Assembly (NCBI GenBank): GCA_002269645.1
Contig: NIVC01000767.1
Coordinates: 1-64,000, forward strand
DNA: 64,000 nucleotides
Origin: Macrostomum lignano
Lineage: Eukaryota
Direction of reading: 5' to 3'
Each line of letters begins with the position of its first letter. Positions within the stretch are counted from its first letter, which is position 1. Below are positions 1 to 9,823 of the stretch, piece after piece. Both the position numbers and the translations under genes were made by a program. Under the pieces are notes generated by a model, which was given only the letters and a program-made list of their open reading frames with translations, made no database searches and was not told the origin of the DNA.

Positions 1-2272
1 CGGCTGGTGCCACTGAGCCACCAAACGCCGTACGTTCGAACCGAAGAGTTCGAGCTGGCGATGCGCTTCGGTGTTGATGGCGCAGGCGAAGAAGGCGACG
101 CAGGCATCGATCTGAAGTCGGAGATGCTGGGTATCGGAGCGGACGGAGGGACCGAGTCGGTCGGCGACTACTCGTTAGTGAGCGGCGTCGAGGGCGGCGG
201 CTTCGAGGTGCGGTGCCGGTTCCCGAGAGCGGGCCACTACCTGCTACGCCTGTCGTTCCGAGAGAGCGGCGGAGACTGGCGCCCGTACTTCACGTACTTC
301 GTGCGAGCGGTGGGCCAGCTGGACGGATCGGCATCCGCGTTTCCGAGCCTCGGTGCGGACTGCCGGTCGGCGGAGCGCTCATCGAGCCGCTGGACCGCAC
401 GCTGTCCGTTGGACAGCCGACGCCGATCCGCCTCCGTTTCGAGGACGCCACAGCTGTCGGCGCTGTGGAGGTGGTCGATGAGCGAAGCGGCAGTCGGGAG
501 CCGTTGAGTCGCGACCCGCAGGACCCGCGGTTGTGGTTCGGGTCCGTGACGGCATCTGCGGGTAACACCGATGGAGCGAACACTGCGGGGAGCGGCGGCG
601 TGACGATGGTGGCCCGTGTCAACGACGGCGTTGAGACACAGCTTGTAAAGTTCGACGTTGAGTCGGAGAGCAGCGCAGAGGCCAAGGCGGCGGCACTGCG
701 CGAAGCTCGGGAGCTAAACGAGCGACGTCGGGTGGCCGAGGAGAATCGGCAGCGGAAACAGGAGAACCGACACCGCCGCGATAAGGGACTGGAGTCGCTG
801 CCTGTTTGGGTACTTAATAAAGTTGTTCTGCCATCGGTTTTATCTCGAAATGCATTTGTTCGAAATATTTTTGGTATTTTTTATCCTTTTCCTGACAGAG
901 TCACGCTGAGGTGAGAGCTGCTGCCGATTTGGCTGCAAAAAGGCTGGCCTTGGCGTACGAGAAAGAAGAAAAAAGAGCAAAAGCTTTTGCAAAATCAGCT
1001 GCGGCAGAAAGAGCTCAAGCTCAGAGCCTAGCAGCAGCAAAAGCAGCGGCTGAAGCCAAAGCGGCTTTGAAAGCGGCAGCAATGGAGGCATCAAAGTTGG
1101 CGGCTTTAGCATTCGCGGTGTCGAGGGCGGTGGCCGAGTCCAATCGGCAGTATTGGCGGCTGCTGATGAGGAACTGGAAACAAAGACCGCGGCTGATGCG
1201 AAGGATATCTCGGCGGCATCGTATCGATCGGAAATGACTGAGAAGGCGGCTGTCAAAGCCAAATTAGCGGCTGAGTCAGCGAACGACGTGGCAGCCGAAT
1301 TGCAGGCGCTTGCAGCTGCAGCAGCAGAAGAAAAAGTGACTGCCAGTTCGGCAGCTGATGCGGCTTCAAAAGCGGCTGAGGCTGCAGCCTTCGATGCGGA
1401 GATCGCCGGTTCTCCGCTACCCGACGAGGCTGCAAAGTTTGCATCATCAGCGTCGCACGAAGCCGAAGCTGCTGCCAGGGCAGTCACCGAGATCGCTGCA
1501 AAGTCAGCCACCGAGGCCTCCATCGCGAAGAGGGGAGCCCGCATGGCGGCTGCTTCGGCGGAGACGGCAGCAAAGTCAGCTGCGGTTGCGGCTGCTGCAG
1601 CGCAGGAGGCCACAGAAGCGATTGCGGCGGAAAAAGCTGAGCTGAATTATTTGATTGCTGAGCTGGACGTGGCCTTGTTGGACCGAAAGTTAACTCGGGT
1701 GCGCAAGGCCGTTGAGTCGTTGGAGGCTCGCGAAAAGGAGCTGCGCGGCAGTCAGTCGAGAAAGCTGAAGGAGGCACAACAGACTTTAACGGCGCTACAG
1801 AATAGAAAAGGTTCTGTTTTTCTTTTGACCAAAAAAGTAGCAGTTGTGCTTGAATTCTGATATGTAACTCAAAGTAGCTTGTACATGTATAGTAAATCCT
1901 TTACATTCAGTTGGCGAGTGACAATTTCGAACCCTGCTCTATCCAACCTCCTCAGATCTTCGGGACGCCATGGCGGACGCTCAGCGAGCCCGCAGCACCG
2001 ACCGCCTGCGCGCGTTGGTGCACCGTCTGGAGGCTGAAGCCGAGTCGCAGCCGCTGACGGAGGCGCAGCTGGCGCTGTTCAGCGAGGACCTGCGGCTCGC
2101 CAGAGAGGCCATCCAGCGAGATGACAAGCTGAAGCGAATTCCCTCACACCGGCTGGAGATGAGTCCGAAGAGTCTGTCCGAGCTGAAGCAGTACAGCCGG
2201 CCAGTGGAAACGGTGCACCGGACGGTGCAGGCGCTGCTGCTGCTGCTCGGGTACTACGAAAAGCGCACACGG
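1..2272 (+). CDS. KY/hillarin-like gene A, 3' portion only (Ig-like KY repeats, Ala-rich coiled coil, first half of a dynein-MTBD-like domain)
   Basis: Open from base 1 (RLVPLSHQTPYV...FEVRCRFPRAGHYLLRLSF...YFTYFVRA...AFPSL, typical of KY C-terminal Ig-like repeats). Exons about 1-809 (donor 804 or 810), 899-1810, 1956-2272 with matching phases (0, 1). The last exon reads LSELKQYSRPVETVHRTVQALLLLLGYYEKRTR. Two single-base frameshifts are needed (about 352 and about 1143). No downstream exon of its own was found. Confidence 0.7.
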
Positions 2273-3968
2273 GTGAGTCAAGGACTACCCAAGTAGAAGG
2301 GCGGGAAACTACATTTTCGGGGAACTTTTGAGAGGCTTGTTTTATTGAAGAAATACATTACGGAGAATGGAGAGGTTTTCATTTTTTCAGCGTAAAATTT
2401 GTAATGATCCATTTGATGGCGGACAAACCCAATGATCATCTTTTGATACGACTTGATTTTCTGTTAGTTCTATAGATATTCGTAGAGCTTTTTTGTTCAG
2501 AAGTTTGTATTTTGTGTTAATTTTATGAGCGCAATCCTAATTACATGTCCAAACATCGTAAAAATGACACAACTTAATTCATTCGCAATTTCGCATTGAG
2601 GGCGGAGAAGCTTTTTAAATGCTAGGTCGGTGTGTAGTGTACAGAGTGCAGAGCTTGTGTTCTATAGATTGTACTGTGCAGTCATTTTGCTGCCCCTCAC
2701 TGGGTCTGTTTACTCGTGAACTTCTCCACGTTACCAACAGAAGTGGCACCGCTGCCAGCCGCTGTTGAAGAGCATCAACAAGTTTGTCGCGGAGTTTCAG
2801 CCGCGCTTCGTTGATCCGCGCATCGCCGCCCGAAGTTCGGAGATTCTGGGCAGCATCGACAAGCGCGAGATCGCCCTGCAGAGCGCTGCCGCCTTCGCCT
2901 TCTACCAATGGGTTCGTTTGAGGAATTTTTCTTGACAATGAGAGTGCAGCATGGCAGCCTGACTCCTTCATCAATCAATTTTACTCCAGGCGGTCAGGAC
3001 CACGCAGTCCATCAAGGATGCGACCTCAGTGGACAGTTTTGTTCCAGCCAGCATGGTTCAGCAAAGGTGGATCCTTCGGGTCACGATGGAGGAGGACTCT
3101 GCGTTGGACTTTCAAGACAAGGGCATTCGCAAGAAGAGTGCACGTCGTCCTCGGACTTCAAAAATTTGAACTTTAAACTCACTCTTCTTTGCTAAAAGTA
3201 GGGCAAAGAGTATTTTAAAACTGAATTTTCAAACGCATTGAAATAATGGGAAATCATCTCAAGTGAAATTTTGCAGTCAAGTTTATCAATCAATTGAGAC
3301 TACCAGATTCAAACCTGTCGAATTCCATATGATTTTGTAAACATTACAGAAGATTTTGACTTTTTCATCGTTTTAGCAACATTCGTGTACTGTACGTGCT
3401 TTAAATACCTGCCGAAGTTTTTTCTGTGCAAGCGAAAGTCCAAGACTGCCACAGACAACTTTTGGGCTTTCGACCACAGACGAAATTTTGTCGGGTATTA
3501 TAGAATTTAACCAGCACGAGTGAACGTGAAGGAATCCCATTGACATATGGCCAAGCATTCTTAAATGGAATTTACTGCACGGCTTGGGATTTACTGCACA
3601 GTCGCGTTATCTATCTATGTCTATGGCTAAAACCAGAAGAATGCTTTGCCCATAAATCAATGAATCTATCACTAGGTTTCGAGTGCGTAAATAGTCTTAG
3701 CACGAGTGCCATAGACTATTTACGCACTCGAAACCTAGAGATAAATCTACCATTGTTAGATGAGTCATCGCAGGGACAACTAAAACCCTCGGGACGCAAA
3801 ACGAGCCAATTCATGGCAAAAAATCTGAGGGGCTCGCTTAAAAGTATTGTTCTATGGCTTTTTCAAGTCTTCTCTGCTATCAGGCAAATTAAAATTGCTT
3901 TAGCTGCGGCCAGCAGTGAAGCTAAGCTGAACTATATCAAGTGAATCATTTTTTATTCACTTGATGAA

Positions 3969-5480
3969 ATGCCAAGAAAGTGCAGCGTATTTCCGTGCTC
4001 GTCAAATTACAACTCTGAAGCCGTTCGAACACGGACATTTGCGTTTCCCAGAGATCCACAGGAGCGAGAGCGATGGAGAAAGGCGCTGCCAAATATTCTC
4101 CAGGTAAGAAACCAGATCATTTGCTGTCATTACTGCTGCATAATTCCGCTTCAATTCTGCATGCCAGTCTCGTCCAAACAACTTGAAACCCAAAATTTAT
4201 TATTTTAGAGAGTGACTGACCATATGGGCGTGTGCGTAAAGCATTGGCCAAGCGATGCTCCAATGGTCAAGAAAAACTCTACCGAAAGGCCAATTAATCC
4301 TCCTTCTGTTTTTAATGGAGTTCCTAGCTCGTGTTTTGTTCAGAACCAAGGTACGTAACTTAAAGATTGCTCAACACTTAGCGTCTATATCGATTTTGCC
4401 GCTCACAATTATCTTACTTTTATTTTTACTCTTATTTTAGACCAGGACCGACAGGCCGAAAAGCGCGGTGTTCTTTCTGATGCGAGGTGCGGCGACATCG
4501 ATGAGATGGACGCTTTTCAGCTGCTTGATTTTTTGCCGGCATGGGAAAGTTTTCGAGCTGAGGTGAAAAATTCGGATGTCGTATCTCGACATGCACTGAA
4601 CACAGCTATTCTGAACGAAGACGTTTACTTGTTTACGTTAGATAAAGATGGAGACCTGTCTGTTCGAATTTTTGTCTCACCCAACTTTCTGATTCGTGCA
4701 TTCAAACTGCATACACCGATTTCGGTTCGAGACTTGTTGGGATTTCAACCGACACTCAAGCGCTGGATGCTGTTGTCGTGCAGTGCAAAAATTCCGACGC
4801 CAATCCCCAACGTGAAGTCGAAGCGTTTGTTAGTAGAATCAGTGATGATATAGATTCTGACTCTGATTTGGATCCGTCGCTTCAGTTTTTTATTCGACAA
4901 CTTAGCCTTACATTAGTAAATCGGAACAATCGCCGCTATGACATTTCACTACACCTTTTCACGTTCAATTTTGAACAAAGTCCAGTTCTAAAAAAACTAG
5001 CGGAAATTCAATTCAGACAATTCAGACTGGGGACAATTTTGTCTATGGCTAAACCTCGCTTCCGTAGCAGAATGTTTTGAACTGGGGTTTGTTGCCCCAG
5101 TCTGAATTGTCTGAATTGAATTTCCGCTAGTTTTTTTAGAACTGGCCTTTGTTCAAAATTGAACGTGAAAAGGTGTAGTGCGACAGTCAGCATTGCTCTA
5201 CTTGATCAGTAGTTCGGCTTACTCTTACCTACGGAAGCTATTGCCATTGCCTCATCCCCGAACGCTGCAGCTGCAACTAGCAGGTACAGGAGAAGTTAAC
5301 ACAGAAACCGACGCAGCCGATGTGATCCAGTCAGTTTTTGCTAGTCTATCAGGAGCTCAGCGAAACTGCGTAATATGTTTGACGAAATGTACATACAACC
5401 GTCCGTTCGATATCGATGCCGTCACCTTCTGGGTCGAGCCGTCGACGATCCGGACCAGGTTCCTTTATGTACGAGCTACT
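3969..5480 (+). pseudogene. THAP-domain P-element-type transposase, disrupted and 3'-truncated
   Basis: Spliced exons 3969-4103, 4209-4350, 4441 onward give MPRKCSVFPC...FAFP...RW...GVCVKHW...PSVF (THAP C2CH). After removing the MITE the sequence reads RRYDISLVRQSALLYLISSSAYSYLRKLLPLPHPRTL, then FDEMYIQ after a frameshift (first catalytic Asp motif of P transposases). The rest of the catalytic core is missing. Confidence 0.85.
4952..5175. mobile_element. 224-bp foldback MITE with TA target duplication, inserted in the transposase
   Basis: About 90-bp inverted arms (CACCTTTTCACGTTC.../...GAACGTGAAAAGGTG), TA on both sides (4950-4951, 5176-5177). Excision restores the transposase frame. Confidence 0.85.
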
Positions 5481-6404
5481 GACTGTTTGTGTCGTCTTGT
5501 CCTTGGAGTTCCGTATTTGCTTCTATCTTCTTGCCGTTGGAGTTTCATCTTCGCTTTCATCCTTTATCTTCTTGCCGTTGGAGTTATATCTTTGCTTTCA
5601 TCTTTTATCTTCTTGCCGTTGGAGTTTTTTGTTGGTATGGCGGTTACTTTATTGTAAATAATTATATCACTGGTTCCTATTCTTTAAATTAAATACTCGA
5701 CATTGCCTCGCTTTACTATTTAATCTAACCGTTAATGCCTGATAGCAGAGAAGACTTGAAAAAGCCATAGAACAATACTTTTAAGCGAGCCCCTCAGATT
5801 TTTTGCCATGAATTGGCTCGTTTCGCGTCCCGAGGGTTTTAGTTGTCCCTGGAGTCATCGTGAAGCAATGCACAAAACCGTGCAGGAATGCATTTCTTCG
5901 CCTAATGCTTTTTCAGTGAAATTTTACCATACTCGTTGACATCCACTCCTGCACGCAAAAGCGTGCAAGAATGCCATTCCTGCATGGAGAATCAGCCGAC
6001 AATGAGACATGGACGCCATAGATATTTTTGAGCTTATCGAGGCTGATATAGCCTGGCTAAAAACACATAGCCGCAAATAATGAGACCAGTTTGATGGGTG
6101 CTGCACTCCAATGCTCTAGATTTGCGACCTTCAACAAAGATCAGATTGCTGAAAAGATCGACGCCGCAGTGCCTGCCAATGCGAAGAGGAAGAAGAAATG
6201 GGCCGTCAAGCCAAATGAGCCGTCAAGTCCAGACATGAGGCCATCCTGAACGGCGGACACACTGGATTGCTGGTGCTCAAGCCAATTAAAGAGTGAAGCA
6301 ACGCCGAATGGGCCTACTAGCTGCGGATGATTTGAGGCAGGACTTAATTTGAGACCAGTTACATGAAATCTGACCATAGACTACGCGAAAGTAAGGCATC
6401 CTAC

Positions 6405-6446
6405 CATGGACTTCTATACTTAGCATGCTAAGTATAGAAGTCCATG
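6405..6446. mobile_element. 42-bp perfect palindrome with 8-bp TSD (minimal P-like element)
   Basis: CATGGACTTCTATACTTAGCA followed by its exact reverse complement, flanked by CATCCTAC at 6397-6404 and 6447-6454. Confidence 0.75.
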
Positions 6447-6763
6447 CATCCTACGAAGAAGAAAGGCCAAGTTAAATAAGCCATTAGTCGGTTTTAAACG
6501 GTTTCAACGGATTGGGCATTTCAGCCAAAAGTTGGGTAATTGAAATAATGATGTGACAGAATATATTTGAATGAGAATTCTCGGTGTAAAATGTGCGCGA
6601 TGATTCATCAGTCTACACTAATGCGTTGCGTCACTGCACGGGAATATCGTGAGTCAGTCTGTGGAGTGTGGAATATAGTTAATACAATGGCTGCAAATTT
6701 CATCGGCATTGCAAGCAGAAGCAATAGCAGTTTAGAATGATGAGCGGCACGCTTAAGCAATCT

Positions 6764-7809
6764 TTATACATCAGGCGTCTTCCAGCACATGACGATATGG
6801 CGACCAATCTTGAAGAAAAATGACAGCCCAGGCTCGTGGCTATAGCTGGCCCAGTACTGTCCCGTAACCATGACAACGTGCCAAAGCTTGCCGAACTGGC
6901 CGTCCAGCTGCTGCTTCAGCCGGCCAGCGACATCTTTCTCATCTTTGCCGCGTCTCTGGGCGTCGCGAAATATTTCAGTCAGGTCCACCTGCATCTCTAG
7001 GCCCATGCTGGAGGCGATGACGGTGACGTCCTCCGGCAGCCGGTTATTCCTCAGACACTCGGCCTTGAGCTGGTTGAGTCGGTAGATTCGCCTATTTTAG
7101 GAAAATGCGATGGGTTGCTTTCGTGCGTTACCACGAGTTCATTCGACGCATTGCACGAAGTTGGGTTTTGCGAGCTAATGATGACGCAGCAATATGTGCT
7201 CTAAAGAATAAAAAGTTCAATTGAATCATGAAAAACAGTATACAGTCTTACGCTTGCTTCGGATTGAGCCCCAGAACGTTGCAGTATTCGTCCAGTGTAA
7301 TCGCGCCGTCATCGTTCTCATCAAATAGCTTCATCCATTTCTGAAAAAGCGAATTCGGTAAATGCCATGACTTGGATGTTTGTGTGTAACTATTACTCAA
7401 TACTATCTGCGAGTCTGATGAATGCAGCTAAATAACATTTCAGCGACCATTTTACCTACCTTGATACCAACATAAGATCTGTTAGATCAGTTTAAACCCT
7501 TAAATACCGGAGTCCGGATCACCGTGTGAATAAGTACACAAAGCATTGGAAACACTGGAAGCTACAAACCTCGCCAAAATTGGCCTCAAACTGGCTGCTG
7601 CTGGTCATGTAGGCCGCTAATTCATCCGGTGTGATGGACTCGCTCCGATCCTTGTCGACCGCAAAGAACGCATCAAGGAAGGGATTCTGTGCAGCTGCCT
7701 CCTCTGCTGCGACGCGTCCCGGTGACAACGGCGGTGGAGCAGGCGATGTTGAGCCCGAAGCGGAGGCAGTGGAGTGCGCTGGCGACACAGAGAGCGACAT
7801 GCTTCGCAT
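6764..7809 (-). CDS. Tegument allergen-like (TAL) protein: EF-hand pair plus C-terminal dynein light chain-like domain, about 241 aa
   Basis: Exons 7809-7570, 7340-7252, 7200-7132, 7091-6764, all GT-AG, phases 0/2/2, 726 nt total. EF loops DKDRSESITPDE and DENDDGAITLDE. DLC-like tail LKQQLDGQFGKLWHVVMVTGQYWASYSHEPGLSFFFKIGRHIVMCWKTP. Start could be 7809 or 7800. Confidence 0.9.
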
Positions 7810-8351
7810 ATAGAAATATAGCTAGTAGCCTTATTCCCAGCGGGTGCACTGCGTTTTCCACTACTGCTTTGTATTAAACCCTGGCTCTCCATGAGCAATG
7901 ACTAAGCGCAGTCTAAAAATAAGCTGCAGAGCAGCGCTGTGTTCTCTGCATCGTCGCGATAATAAAAATGCCACTCCTGCAGAAGAACCCAGATTTAATT
8001 TGTGATGCGAGATTAAGGCTGAGTCCCGATCAAGAACGGATCAAGGGTAGCTGGGGCCAGGACAGTTCAGGACTTCGCGTAAATAAAACATGCAAGTTTT
8101 CTATACTAGCCCACTTTTAACCACAATGCTTGGTTGCTCCAGCTTCTCTGAGCAGTTCTTAAGCTGATCATCCCTCATCCGCAATCTGTCTGCTGGCAAC
8201 CTAGAGTCTCCACTGTTAAATTAATTATTTAAATGTTTCTTAAGTTACCCCTACCACCCGTTTCGCCTGATGACACTCCTAACCAATTTAGTAAATGGAC
8301 GTTAGCGACTGCTAGAAAAACAAAGGAAAACAAACTTTGAAATGATTGACT

Positions 8352-8399
8352 CAAGGACCACTAGAAGTTACCGTTGTAGGTAACTTCTAGTGGTCCTTG
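8352..8399. mobile_element. 48-bp hairpin with 8-bp TSD (minimal P-like element)
   Basis: 21-bp arms CAAGGACCACTAGAAGTTACC / GGTAACTTCTAGTGGTCCTTG, 6-bp spacer, flanked by GATTGACT at 8344-8351 and 8400-8407. Confidence 0.75.
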
Positions 8400-9823
8400 G
8401 ATTGACTCATCCCGTGAATCGACAAATCCAATATAAGATTGTTTAAAAGTAAATTTATGTCCATGTAGTGATAGAAAGCTTAGATATTACTACAAATATT
8501 CTGCACGTTGCCTTTAAATCCTTTGACTGCCTGGGATCTTAAGTTTGGATATCCAGTTGTAAATTAGTTGCTGTTATGTTTTTTTTTTCTTTTCTCTAGG
8601 AATTTCTGCTGCTATATAGTGAGCTAAGTCGTTTTTATATACAGCAAGTTTTAGCCAAAGCATTTGAATTAGCGCATGTTTAGATGCATATTTTTTTAAT
8701 CAAAAACTATTGAATTGAAAGTAAATATTTAATTAAGATTCCGTTTCCTTCTGTCTAATATTCGAATGTGTAGAGCAGTGCCAAAGACTCCAATCAATAT
8801 TTCAAAAGAATCTAAAAGATTTTCGCTATTTAGTAGTTTAAATATTTTTGCTAGAGCGACAATCTACAAAAAAGTTCAACAACGTTGAAATTTTTGTTTG
8901 TCTTTTTGCAACTAAGGTTATCCGCGGCAAATTGACGTAGGAGCACATTAACAGGCAAGTCAGTGTTATTAACACTTTGAAATGGTACCGCATGTCGTGA
9001 AACAGGTCACTGATTCACTGTTATTAATTTTATACCTACTTCCCGTTCTCACCCAGAGTAGTTTTTTACTATAATATCTAAATATACTAAATCTCTAATA
9101 TTTGTATGCTTGTCCATAACGCTCTAGTAAGATATACTATTACTATGTTTCAAAGCACCGCACCACTTAGCTGATATTAGCAAAAATAAAACTTAAGCAA
9201 TTCACGTTGTCGTTTTGTTGATTATATTTTAGAATTTACATTTGCTACTTGCTACAAGTAAATATAGTATATGCATTTATAATTTCGAAATGCTGTTTTT
9301 AAGGCTGATTATTAGAGTTCTTAGGGGTGAATATGTGTTGCAAACTAGTCACGTGCAATCAGATACAATTAGATTGTACTCTTTCCAATTTTTGGGTTGG
9401 CTTGTTTTGCCTCTTTTTATTTCAAATTTTGTATTGCATTTTCATCCTCTTATTGTATTACTTATTTTAAGACCTAAAGCATAGTCCTAAAAATTAAGGA
9501 CTTTAGCTTATTGTTTTCTTAACTTAAAAATTTTAAATAGGCTTTTAAAATAGATTTTCTAATTCAAAGAGCTAAAATATTTAAACGGAGTTAGAATATC
9601 ATTTTCATCTTTAATAATTTTAACCAACATATATAAAAACAATACCGTTATAATATTAATAACTTTGTTGTAACTGGAGCTATGAGTATTTTCCTATACT
9701 AAAAACTGAAATACGTTAAATTACCATGTATAACAAAACGCTTGCTTTCCATGTTATGCCTTAGTTTCGCATTTTTATAGTGAATGATGATACACGTGTG
9801 TTTTCATTTCTGTTCCAAAGAAT

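Larger units (their letters stand above)
3771..5851 (+). mobile_element. P-superfamily (THAP) DNA transposon, internally deleted
   Basis: About 116-bp terminal inverted repeats (3771-3886 / 5736-5851) starting CAGGGACAAC, flanked by an exact 9-bp direct repeat GAGTCATCG (3762-3770, 5852-5860). Encloses a THAP-transposase remnant. Confidence 0.9.

Noticed and set aside
840-1613. 257-aa antisense Ala-rich ORF
   Set aside because: Shadow of the GCN-rich sense exon.
2615-3560. Possible decayed hAT-type transposase on the minus strand
   Set aside because: Only vague motif resemblance amid many stops; no TIR or TSD found.
4947-5180. CACTA-terminated element reading (CACTAC...GTAGTG)
   Set aside because: No matching TSD, and removal does not restore the host frame. 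The TA-TSD reading does.
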